DNA from: Thermoanaerobacteraceae bacterium
GTDB lineage: Bacteria; Bacillota; JAZPYJ01
Direction of reading: 5' to 3'
DNA length: 52,944 bases
NCBI GenBank assembly: GCA_045544075.1
Contig: JAZPYJ010000144.1
Coordinates: 1-52,944 of the forward strand
In this document: piece by piece, positions 44,937 through 52,944 of the stretch
Numbering within the stretch: position 1 is the first letter of the stretch
Layout: the number at the start of each line of letters is the position of its first letter
Position numbers and translations under genes: made by a program
Notes under the pieces: model-generated
Told to the model about the DNA's origin: nothing
The model's database searches: none
The model's input: only the letters and a program-made list of their open reading frames with translations

Positions 44937-45494
44937 ATGAAAAAACTATTAGGTATCCTTTTGACTGCCATTATGATGCTTTCGCTTGCGGCATGCGGTG
45001 ATGCAGGTAGCGGAAACGACACGGCCGGGACGCAGTCCGGACAGGAAGAAGCGGTAAGCGTGCCGGAGACAGCAGGAGATATCCTGAACGCGTTAAAGGA
45101 AAAGAATAATAATGTAACAGATATCATCGAATGGGATGAAAACACCGATCCCAACGGAAAGCTTGGCAGACCGGGTGAGTATACGGGAAAAGCTGATTTT
45201 TCGGATGCGAGAGTAGAGGAATCCTGGACCACAGAAGAGGAGAAAATGCAGTCGGGGCTCAACGGCGGTACTGTTGAGGTGTTCGGCAGCAAAAGCGACT
45301 GCAATGACAGATATGAGTATCTTAAACAGTTTACGGGAGCCGACATGGGAGTGTTCGGTCTGAATCAGTATATGTACAAGTATGATCTGGTGATCTTCAG
45401 GGTATCATACGACGTTGCTCCGACAGACGCAGATGAATACAAGGCTCAGATGGATGAGATACTTAACGAAGAAGGCGAAGCTGCTGAAGTATAA
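44937..45494 (+). CDS. lipoprotein, function unknown
   Basis: MKKLLGILLTAIMMLSLAACG lipobox signal. SD AGGGAGGAAGG. Confidence 0.65.
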   Translation: MKKLLGILLTAIMMLSLAACGDAGSGNDTAGTQSGQEEAVSVPETAGDILNALKEKNNNVTDIIEWDENTDPNGKLGRPGEYTGKADFSDARVEESWTTEEEKMQSGLNGGTVEVFGSKSDCNDRYEYLKQFTGADMGVFGLNQYMYKYDLVIFRVSYDVAPTDADEYKAQMDEILNEEGEAAEV

Positions 45495-45538
45495 AAAATC
45501 AGCTGAGGCAAAAACAGCATAACGATCTGCAGAAACAG

Positions 45539-45572
45539 GACCGCGGGCAAAAATGATGCCTGCGGTCTTTTG
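45539..45572 (+). terminator. intrinsic terminator
   Basis: GACCGCGGGCA (45539-45549) pairs with TGCCTGCGGTC (45557-45567) with one G-U pair, followed by TTTT. Confidence 0.6.
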
Positions 45573-45744
45573 CATGGTCTCCGACTGAAAACAATCACCA
45601 GCAAAAAAACGGCTGCTCATCGATAAAAAAGTCGATCTTTTTTACCGATAGTGTGAGATGCTGTTGTCATAACGCAAACAGATAACAGCTCAAAACGAAG
45701 GGCAAAACCGTGTTTGGTGACGCCCTCTTTTTTTATTCAGATGA

Positions 45745-46182
45745 TCAGGAATGGCAGTTATCATACAGCTTTCGTATTGCGGCGGGCAGACCGTCCGGAA
45801 TGATCCGGCCGAGCCGTTCTTCGTTCCCGTCCTTAATTGCTGTCTCGTAATACCAGCATTTATAGTTGAGCATATCGAGCGTTTTATGCAGCCTGATCAT
45901 TTCTTCTTCAACGGCGCGCCTTCTGGATTCGAAAAGCTCCTTCCTCTGTTTATAGGTAGCGGGGCCCTGCAGGGCCAATTGCATAAAGCGTTTGATATCT
46001 TTGATCTCCAGTCCGGATGCTTTAAGGCATTCGATCACGCGCAGGGCTTCGAGCTCCCGCTCGCTGAATCTGCGGATTCCGGACCGGCGTTCCATTTCCG
46101 GGAACAGACCCTCCTTATCATAATATCTGAGCGTTGAAACCGGGAGACCGAACATCTCCGAGACCTGTCCGATAGTGTACAT
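45745..46182 (-). CDS. MerR-family transcriptional regulator
   Basis: MYTIGQVSEMFGLPVSTLRYYDKEGLFP HTH followed by a coiled coil. 145 aa. Confidence 0.85.
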   Translation of the reverse strand: MYTIGQVSEMFGLPVSTLRYYDKEGLFPEMERRSGIRRFSERELEALRVIECLKASGLEIKDIKRFMQLALQGPATYKQRKELFESRRRAVEEEMIRLHKTLDMLNYKCWYYETAIKDGNEERLGRIIPDGLPAAIRKLYDNCHS

Positions 46183-46212
46183 AAAAATATCTCCTGAAAT
46201 TATTAAAAAATG

Positions 46213-46244
46213 CTTGACCTAAAGTCAAGTTTATGTGTTATCGT
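46213..46244 (+). promoter_or_regulatory. MerR-type promoter (19-bp spacer, dyad) of the hydrolase gene
   Basis: TTGACC (46214-46219), a 19-nt spacer, then TATCGT (46239-46244). Dyad CTTGAC (46213-46218) / GTCAAG (46224-46229). Confidence 0.5.
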
Positions 46245-46302
46245 TAAAATCATAGCACAGAATGCGCCGAAAATCAACCGGAATTTCAAGGAGGCAGGAA
46301 TA

Positions 46303-47304
46303 ATGATTAAAAAAGAAGAACTGAAGCTGACGCAGGAATGGGATAAGACGTTCCCGAAGAGCGAAAAGGTCGGGCACAGCAAGGTGACCTTTGTCAACCG
46401 TTACGGGATAACGCTGGCCGCGGATATGTACGTACCGAAGGGAGCGGAGGGCAGGCTGCCAGCTATCGCCGTCTGCGGACCTTTCGGAGCGGTCAAGGAG
46501 CAATGCAGCGGACTGTATGCGCAGACTATGGCGGAGCGGGGCTTCCTGACCATCGCTTTCGATCCGTCATTTACCGGAGAGAGCGGAGGCAATGTCCGCT
46601 ATATGGCCTCTCCCGACATCAATACTGAGGATTTCATGGCAGCGGTCGATTTTCTTTCCTTCTGCGATCAGGCCGATCCCGGACGGATAGGGATCATTGG
46701 CATCTGCGGCTGGGGAGGAATGGCTATAAACGCCGCGGCACTGGATACGAGGATCAAAGCGGCGGCTGCTTCTACGATGTATGATATGACCCGAGTGAAT
46801 GCGAAAGGATATTTCGACAGCGAGGACAGCGAAGAAGCAAGGCATGAGAAGAGAGCCGCCATGTGCGCGCAGCGGCTGGAAGATCTGAAGAACGGAGAGT
46901 ACATGCCCGGCGGCGGCGTGATCGATCCTCTGCCGGAGGACGCGCCTTTCTTTGTGAAGGACTACCATGATTATTATAAGACGGAACGCGGTTACCATGA
47001 GCGTTCGCTCAATTCCAACAACGGCTGGAACGTCATAGGCTGCGAATCCTTCATGAATCAGCCTATCCTGCAGTATTCCGATGAGATACGCAACGCGGTG
47101 CTCATCATACACGGCGAAAAAGCTCACTCCTGCTATTTCTCCAGGGATGCTTTCGAAGCGATGACGAAGGACAGTAAGTATGCGGATAACAAAGAACTGC
47201 TCATCATTCCCGATGCATCGCATACAGATCTGTATGACGGAGGCGGAAAGGATGCGATCCCGTTCGATAAGCTGGAGAGATTTTTTGACGGATATCTTAG
47301 ATAA
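46303..47304 (+). CDS. alpha/beta-fold hydrolase
   Basis: ATG 46303 follows AAGGAGG (46288-46294). Nucleophile-elbow-like GICGWGG. Size and secondary-structure pattern fit an alpha/beta hydrolase. The ORF-track start 46210 runs through the promoter. Confidence 0.7.
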   Translation: MIKKEELKLTQEWDKTFPKSEKVGHSKVTFVNRYGITLAADMYVPKGAEGRLPAIAVCGPFGAVKEQCSGLYAQTMAERGFLTIAFDPSFTGESGGNVRYMASPDINTEDFMAAVDFLSFCDQADPGRIGIIGICGWGGMAINAAALDTRIKAAAASTMYDMTRVNAKGYFDSEDSEEARHEKRAAMCAQRLEDLKNGEYMPGGGVIDPLPEDAPFFVKDYHDYYKTERGYHERSLNSNNGWNVIGCESFMNQPILQYSDEIRNAVLIIHGEKAHSCYFSRDAFEAMTKDSKYADNKELLIIPDASHTDLYDGGGKDAIPFDKLERFFDGYLR

Positions 47305-47317
47305 ACCATAACAGAAG

Positions 47318-47358
47318 CGCCCCCGGGATCTTATGCCCCGGGGGCGTCAGTGCGTTTT
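47318..47358 (+). terminator. intrinsic terminator
   Basis: CGCCCCCGGG (47318-47327) pairs with CCCGGGGGCG (47337-47346), followed by TCAGTGCGTTTT. Confidence 0.6.
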
Positions 47359-47506
47359 GGGGAAAGAAAAAGCATATCGTAAAGATATTAAAACTGTGAT
47401 ATAATAATCAATAGAATAATGAAACGTTATCCGGCGAACGGTATTCAATAAAAGCATATCATAGCTTATTGCCGATCGATCGGGATCAGGCCCGGAGGTA
47501 TGACTG

Positions 47507-48820
47507 TTGAAGAAAACTATCTCTATTATACTGACGATACTTATGCTCCTCTTTCTGCTCGCGGGCTGCGGGACGAAAGAAGGTATGCAGCCGTCCGTCA
47601 GCAGCGCGGAACAGAGCGATCCCGCGCCTGCAGCGACAGATATCGCCCGGCCGGACAGCGGGGCTGAGTCGGCACCGGACACGGCTCAGTCGGATACTGA
47701 GGCTGGGCAGACAGAGAGCTCACCTGCCGCTGATCCTTCCGTAAAGCCTGCCGCCGGGCAGACACCTGAAATAACGGATGGATCAACGTTCGAGATCTAT
47801 TTTCTGGATGTCGGACAGGGGGACGCGGCCTGTGTCCTTTGCGACGGCAAGGCCATGCTGATCGACGGCGGGAACAGCTCCAGATCAGATCTTATCTACA
47901 GTTTTCTGAAGTCGCACGGTATCACCCGTCTGGAATATATAATAGCTACCCATCCTGATGCTGATCACGTCGGCGGACTGGCCGGTGCCCTGAACTACGC
48001 TTCGGCGGGCAAGGTGTACTGCACGGTCACGCAGCACGACTCCGAAGCATTCAATGATTTTCTGAAATACCTTGACCGGCAGAACGGAGAGATAACCGTT
48101 CCGTCTCCGGGAGATTCATTTTATCTGGGCTGTTCCAGAGTCACAATCCTGTTCCCCGAACAGGGCAGGACATGGAGCGACAACACATCGATCGCTCTGC
48201 GGATCGAGTACGGCGACACATCTTTTCTGTTCACCGGAGATTGCGCGGCTGAAGATGAGGCCGTTCTGCTCGCGGACGGATACGAGCTCAAAAGCGATGT
48301 TCTGAAGGTCGCCCATCACGGGAGCAAATACTCCACGGGCAGTGCCCTGCTGCGCAGCGTCGAACCTGAATTCGCCGTTATATCGGTCGGCGGCAGCAAC
48401 CCCTACGATCATCCTGCGGAGGAAGTCCTTTCCCGGCTCGCCGGGCAGGATGTCACTCTTTACCGTACAGATATCCACGGAGACATACACTGCACGAGCG
48501 ACGGTGAGAAGGTCAGATTCGACGTTGAGAAAAACTCTGACATCGATGCTTATATTACGGCGGGCGGCTATAAGAACTATCTGGAGGAACTGGACGCACA
48601 GAAGTCCGCGGCGGCGGCCGGCTCTGCAGCTGAAGACGAAGGGACTGAGAAAAGCGGATCGGGCACAGATTACATCGCGAACAAGAATACCGGGAAGTTC
48701 CACTATCCCTCCTGTTCCTCGGTGGATAAGATGAAGGAAAGCAACAAGCTGTATTTTACCGGAACGCGGGACGAACTGATCGGTATGGGTTATGAACCCT
48801 GCGGCCGATGTCATCCATGA
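47507..48820 (+). CDS. ComEC-type MBL-fold hydrolase lipoprotein with C-terminal Cys-rich zinc-ribbon-like tail
   Basis: TTG start 8 nt after GGAGG. Lipobox LLAGCG. FLDVGQGDA, HPDADHVGG and VAHHGS metallo-beta-lactamase motifs. C-terminal KFHYPSCSS...CGRCHP. Confidence 0.75.
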   Translation: MKKTISIILTILMLLFLLAGCGTKEGMQPSVSSAEQSDPAPAATDIARPDSGAESAPDTAQSDTEAGQTESSPAADPSVKPAAGQTPEITDGSTFEIYFLDVGQGDAACVLCDGKAMLIDGGNSSRSDLIYSFLKSHGITRLEYIIATHPDADHVGGLAGALNYASAGKVYCTVTQHDSEAFNDFLKYLDRQNGEITVPSPGDSFYLGCSRVTILFPEQGRTWSDNTSIALRIEYGDTSFLFTGDCAAEDEAVLLADGYELKSDVLKVAHHGSKYSTGSALLRSVEPEFAVISVGGSNPYDHPAEEVLSRLAGQDVTLYRTDIHGDIHCTSDGEKVRFDVEKNSDIDAYITAGGYKNYLEELDAQKSAAAAGSAAEDEGTEKSGSGTDYIANKNTGKFHYPSCSSVDKMKESNKLYFTGTRDELIGMGYEPCGRCHP

Positions 48821-48921
48821 TCTCAAAGCACCGGAACGCAGACAGGGAGCGGACCGATCGATGCAGATGCCGGACGGACAGCTGGGAAAATTGAAAAATA
48901 TCGTAAAAATAGTGTCCCGAC

Positions 48922-48971
48922 TTGAAATTTAAAGGGTATTGTGTTATATTATCTAGTTAGTGATAACTAAC
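48922..48971 (+). promoter_or_regulatory. promoter with downstream dyad operator for the ABC/FtsX operon
   Basis: TTGAAA (48922-48927), a 17-nt spacer, then TATATT (48945-48950). Dyad GTTAGT (48956-48961) / ACTAAC (48966-48971) lies just downstream. Confidence 0.45.
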
Positions 48972-49013
48972 CAAATAATATTACTTGTCTTTTTTCTTAA
49001 CGGAGGGATCATC

Positions 49014-49739
49014 GTGAACAGTTCGGTTTCTGATCATGAACAGTTTTTAGTCATTTCGGAGCTTGGGAAAAGCTACGGAACGGGAGACGCGAAACAGGAT
49101 GTGCTTCGGGGCGTAGATCTTAACGTGAATAAAGGGGAGATCTGCGTTTTGCTTGGCCCTTCCGGTTCCGGAAAATCCACGCTGCTGAATATAATCAGCG
49201 GCATAGACGCTCCGGATTCCGGACATGTCTGCATCAAAGGTGAAAAGCTGGGGGACATGGACGAAAAAGCCCGTACTTTGTATCGCAGGAAGCATCTGGG
49301 CTATGTATTCCAGAGATATAATCTGATCCCCAATCTGAACGTCAGGGAAAACATCGAAGTCGGAGCCTATCTTTCCGACAAACCTCTGGACGTCGACGAG
49401 ATAATCAAAACGCTGGGGCTGGAGGAACACCGATATAAATATCCCAACCAGCTGTCAGGCGGTCAGCAGCAGCGCGTATCCATCGGACGGGCTGTAGTAA
49501 AAAACCCCGATATACTGATGTGTGATGAACCGACAGGCGCCCTTGACTATAAGACCTCCAAGGAGATACTGGGACTGATAGAGGAATGCAATCGCAAGTA
49601 CGGCAACACCGTTATCATAGTTACACACAACGAAGCCATCCGCCTGATGGCTGACCATGTGGTCCGTCTGAGAGACGGTGTCGTGCGCCGGAATGAGCAC
49701 AACGCCGAACGCGCGCATGCAGCGGATCTGGAATGGTAG
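49014..49739 (+). CDS. ABC transporter ATP-binding protein (MacB/FtsE-like)
   Basis: GTG 49014 follows [30 protein letters not shown] and MCDEPTGALD motifs. Confidence 0.88.
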   Translation: MNSSVSDHEQFLVISELGKSYGTGDAKQDVLRGVDLNVNKGEICVLLGPSGSGKSTLLNIISGIDAPDSGHVCIKGEKLGDMDEKARTLYRRKHLGYVFQRYNLIPNLNVRENIEVGAYLSDKPLDVDEIIKTLGLEEHRYKYPNQLSGGQQQRVSIGRAVVKNPDILMCDEPTGALDYKTSKEILGLIEECNRKYGNTVIIVTHNEAIRLMADHVVRLRDGVVRRNEHNAERAHAADLEW

Positions 49740-49749
49740 GAGGCGTCAG

Positions 49750-52443
49750 ATGAAAAATCCTCTTAATAAAAGGATACCCCGCGAGCTTTTGCGCGACTGG
49801 CGCAAATATTTCGTGATCATCGTTTTTATGACTTTTATGATAGGCGTCGTTTCCGCTATGTATATAGGTCATGACAGCATGCTGGCGGCGATAGACGATA
49901 CGCAGCGCACCTCCCGTCTGGAGGACGGACGCTTTGAAACAGATGAAGCTCTTTCGGAGAAAGAGATCGGTGAGATCGAGACCGGAGAAATGGCGGATGT
50001 GCGCGGCTATTTCATCTCCAAGGGCCGCGAGGAAGCTGAGGAAGAGATCGAAAAAGAAGCAGCGGAGGAACTGGAGGATGAAGTGCGCGACGGTATAGAG
50101 AGCGCCGCCCGGGCTCAATGCGCCGCTTTCGGGATCACGGATGAGTCAGTGATCAGCGGACAGATCGAAACGGCGATCTCCGCGAATTACGACGATGCTC
50201 TGGCGGAAGCCCGCAGATCGGAAGAATACAAAGAAGCACTGGAGGATGCGAAGGAAGAGGCCTTCGAAGAAGTAGAAAAAGAAGTTGACGAGGAATGGGA
50301 CAGGATCGCGGATCGTTACGATCTGGAAGCGGAAGGATTCACGCCGACTGCTGTGGAGATCAGTCCCCATTTTTTCCGGGAAGAGGACGAGAATCAGGAT
50401 TACGACGGCAGCGGAGACGCGGTCATCCGTGTATTCAAAAGCGATTCCGACGTGGATCTGGCGACCTTCAACGAGGGCAGAGCTCCCGAAAATGAAAACG
50501 AGATCGCCATCGACCGGATGCATGCAGACAACGTGGGACTTGCCGTCGGAGACGTCATCAGCCTCGGAGAAAGACGCTTCGAGATCGTGGGGCTGCTGTC
50601 CTATGTGAATTACACCACGCTCCACGAAAAGAATACCGATCTGATGTTCGACGCTTTCGGCTTCGACGTCGGGATGGTAACGCCTGAGGCCTTCGAGCTG
50701 CTGGAGTCAAAACTGCATTACAACTATGTATTCATGTACTGTGATGAACCGGCGGATGAGACAGCCGAAGCCGATGCCGCGGAAAATTTCCTGAAGGCTC
50801 TTGTAACCAGACTCGCTGTAGCGGAATTTTCGCTGGAGGATTATGTCCCGGAATACGCGAACCAGAGCTCGCATTTCGCCCCCAGTGACATAGACGGCGA
50901 TACTGCGGGGGCGGAAGTGCTGATTTATATCCTGATCGCGGTCATCGCCTTCATATTCGCTGTCACTATAAGCACGACTATCGACATAGATGCTTCCGTA
51001 ATAGGGACCCTGCGGGCATCGGGCTACACGCGGGGGGAAATGACGAGGCATTATATGGCCATGCCGCTATTGATCACGCTGATCGGCGCCCTGATCGGGA
51101 ATATTATGGGCTATACTGTTTTCAAGGATCTGGTCGTTTATCTGTATTACAACAGCTACAGTCTGCCCGGGTATACCACTGTCTGGAGCCCTGACGCATT
51201 TATCAGGACGACGCTCATCCCGCTGCTGCTGATGCTGCTGATCAATCTGTTCGTCATCAGAAAGAAGCTGCGTCTGAGCCCGCTGCGTTTTCTGCGCCAT
51301 GATCTGAAAAAGACCAGACGGACCAAAGCGGTGCGGCTGCCTTCCTGGCGCTTTATGAGACGGTTCAGGATCAGGGTGCTGTTGCAGAACATACCCAATT
51401 ATCTGATCCTGATCTTCGGCATAATATTTATCGAGATAATGCTTTGCTTTGCCTTCGGATTTCCGGATTCACTGGATCATTATGCCGAAACGGCTCCCGA
51501 TATGATGTTCGCCCCCTATCAGTACATGCTGACCGATTCAGAGGATGAGGACGGCGATGAACTGACGACGGATACCGAAGGGGCTGAAAAATTCGGCGCG
51601 ATCAATCTGGAGCAGGCCAGGGCGAAGCAAGGAAAGCCTTTGCGAGGCGCGTCCGGCAGCGGTGAGAGCGTTACCGTTTACGGTTATCAGAAGGAAAGCA
51701 GCTATATAGAGATATCTTCGGCTCCGGCGGAAGGCAGCGTGTATGTTTCCTCCGCCTACGCGGACAAATACAGGCTTTCCCCGGGTGACAGCATCACCCT
51801 TTCGGAAAAATACGAGAATACTTCCTACACATTTGAGGTCGGCGGGATATTCCGATATGACGGAGGGATCGCGGCTTTCATGCCCATCGATCAGTTCAAT
51901 CGTGCCTTCGACAGGAATGAGGGTGACTTTTCAGGCTATTTCTCCTCGGTCAGTCTCACGGATATCGATGAAAAGTATATCGCCAACATCATGACTGCGG
52001 AGGACGTAGTCAAGATATCCAATCAGCTGCAGCACTCCATGGGAGGATTCATGAAGATCTTCCGCTATGCGCTGCTGATCATGTCGGCTGCGCTGATCTA
52101 TCTGCTGAGCAAGATCATTATCGAGAAGAACGAATCATCCATTTCCATGGCCAAGATACTGGGCTTCCGCAACAGCGAGATCAGTTCTCTCTACATGCTG
52201 CCTACGGCGCTGGTGGTCCTGATCTTCGCGTTCGCGGGGTTCTTCATCGGCAGGGCCGTTATCACGGTCGCGTTCCGGGCTTTCCTGATGCAGATGGACG
52301 GCTGGTTCACTTTCTGGATGAGCAGCAGGGGCATGGCAGGGACCATCCTGTTCGTGCTCATCGGGTACGCGGCGGTATCCGCGGCTGATTACAGACGGAT
52401 CACCAGGATACCTCTGGAAAAAGCCCTCAAGGATATCGAGTAG
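49750..52443 (+). CDS. large FtsX-family ABC permease
   Basis: ATG 49750 lies 6 nt after GGAGG. N-terminal TM, a large extracytoplasmic domain, then two FtsX-type TM bundles (…GTLRASGYTRGEM…, …MAKILGFRNSEI…). The ORF-track start 49678 overlaps the ATPase gene. Confidence 0.8.
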   Translation: MKNPLNKRIPRELLRDWRKYFVIIVFMTFMIGVVSAMYIGHDSMLAAIDDTQRTSRLEDGRFETDEALSEKEIGEIETGEMADVRGYFISKGREEAEEEIEKEAAEELEDEVRDGIESAARAQCAAFGITDESVISGQIETAISANYDDALAEARRSEEYKEALEDAKEEAFEEVEKEVDEEWDRIADRYDLEAEGFTPTAVEISPHFFREEDENQDYDGSGDAVIRVFKSDSDVDLATFNEGRAPENENEIAIDRMHADNVGLAVGDVISLGERRFEIVGLLSYVNYTTLHEKNTDLMFDAFGFDVGMVTPEAFELLESKLHYNYVFMYCDEPADETAEADAAENFLKALVTRLAVAEFSLEDYVPEYANQSSHFAPSDIDGDTAGAEVLIYILIAVIAFIFAVTISTTIDIDASVIGTLRASGYTRGEMTRHYMAMPLLITLIGALIGNIMGYTVFKDLVVYLYYNSYSLPGYTTVWSPDAFIRTTLIPLLLMLLINLFVIRKKLRLSPLRFLRHDLKKTRRTKAVRLPSWRFMRRFRIRVLLQNIPNYLILIFGIIFIEIMLCFAFGFPDSLDHYAETAPDMMFAPYQYMLTDSEDEDGDELTTDTEGAEKFGAINLEQARAKQGKPLRGASGSGESVTVYGYQKESSYIEISSAPAEGSVYVSSAYADKYRLSPGDSITLSEKYENTSYTFEVGGIFRYDGGIAAFMPIDQFNRAFDRNEGDFSGYFSSVSLTDIDEKYIANIMTAEDVVKISNQLQHSMGGFMKIFRYALLIMSAALIYLLSKIIIEKNESSISMAKILGFRNSEISSLYMLPTALVVLIFAFAGFFIGRAVITVAFRAFLMQMDGWFTFWMSSRGMAGTILFVLIGYAAVSAADYRRITRIPLEKALKDIE

Positions 52444-52632
52444 CGGAATGCGGACTGTCTGCGTACCGAACAAGGAAAATCCAAAATGCTGTGGGAAATC
52501 TGAACTGACTAATGAAAATAGCTTCTTTTAAGAGATGTCAATCAGACTGATCGTTGAAAAAGCAGATTGGATCAAAGTCTGCAGGAATCTGATTGTATTG
52601 GAAACAGCATAAAATTACTGCCTTGTTTAATT

Positions 52633-52663
52633 AAGCACTTACACAAAGTAAGTGCTTTTTTTA
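52633..52663 (+). terminator. intrinsic terminator
   Basis: AAGCACTTAC (52633-52642) pairs with GTAAGTGCTT (52648-52657), followed by a T run. Confidence 0.8.
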
Positions 52664-52834
52664 TAACATTACATAGTAAAAAAAAATAAATTATCTTAAA
52701 TGCGCAATAAAAAAGAACGTTCGGGCATTATTATTAATGAAGGAATGGAATTAACAACCGAAAACGAAATACGGCATGTAGGATATGCATTATATTGCAG
52801 AAGAACCTGTAAATAAAGGAAAGGAGAACGGGCT

Positions 52835-52944
52835 ATGAGCAGCAACAATCAATGCACCTTCCGACGTTATGAAAAAAAATATTTGCTGAATGAGGAAAGA
52901 TACCGGAAATTACTGCAGATGATCGGAGAAAGACTGCAGCAAGA
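52835..52944 (+). CDS. VTC/CYTH-like (polyphosphate polymerase domain) protein, 5' partial
   Basis: ATG follows AAAGGAGAA. MSSNNQCTFRRYEKKYLLNEERYRKLLQMIGERLQQ resembles the R.E.KYLL start of bacterial VTC-domain proteins. Runs off the window. Confidence 0.5.
   Translation, partial: MSSNNQCTFRRYEKKYLLNEERYRKLLQMIGERLQQ

Noticed and set aside
1-52944. Mobile elements, prophage, toxin-antitoxin pairs, retrons, DGRs and known defence systems.
   Set aside because: No transposase, integrase, recombinase, reverse transcriptase, Cas or restriction-modification signatures were recognised in any frame. No terminal inverted or direct repeats flank a block, and no obvious compositional shift was seen by eye. 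A profile search (DefenseFinder/PADLOC, ISfinder) would be needed to be sure.

Overview
This is a 52,944-bp, densely coding chromosomal segment that looks like a Firmicutes/Clostridia genome. It has GGAGG-type ribosome-binding sites, a sigI-rsgI pair, Gram-positive lipoboxes, and roughly 50 percent GC by eye. I found no rRNA, tRNA, CRISPR array, transposase, integrase or phage genes.

Layout:
(1) 1-8.8 kb: arginine operon, argJ(end)-argB-argD-carA-carB-argF-argG.
(2) 10.1-14.1 kb: PhoP/PhoR-like two-component pair plus a Na/Pi cotransporter. pstSCAB-phoU lies at 40.7-44.8 kb. All three promoters carry TTACA-type direct repeats in 11-bp phase (Pho boxes).
(3) 14.1-17.5 kb: a frameshifted TetR gene, divergent from nitroreductase, flavoprotein, radical-SAM and Cys-rich DUF3795-like genes.
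(4) 17.5-27 kb: one long minus-strand block. It holds a secreted repeat protein, sigI-rsgI, a methyltransferase, two ATC-hydrolase-family paralogues, an SRPBCC-like gene, a TetR gene and a heterodimeric ABC exporter.
(5) 27.7-31.7 kb: a MerR-controlled DUF554 gene, a Lin0512-like gene, a lipoprotein and a YitT-family gene.
(6) 31.9-40.5 kb: housekeeping genes (polysaccharide deacetylase, M29 aminopeptidase, ald, ansA, a Kv-like K+ channel), interrupted by a two-gene module of unknown function at 35.9-38.1 kb.
(7) 44.9-52.9 kb: lipoprotein, MerR plus alpha/beta hydrolase, a ComEC-type MBL lipoprotein, an ABC ATPase plus a large FtsX permease, and the start of a VTC-domain gene.

Most notable observations:
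- The arginine-operon CarA homologue has lost all three glutaminase triad residues.
- An HTH (possibly WYL-like) regulator sits next to a novel-domain/gamma-glutamylcyclotransferase fusion.
- A roughly 75-nt hairpin element is tandemly duplicated in a divergent intergenic region.
- A methyltransferase has no canonical start codon and sits behind a GC-rich structured leader.
- A terminator-containing leader precedes the yitT-family gene.
- Several reading-frame problems all fall at poly-A runs, which points to homopolymer sequencing error or slippage.

Nothing here can be called a new system from sequence alone. The candidates are ranked in the findings.
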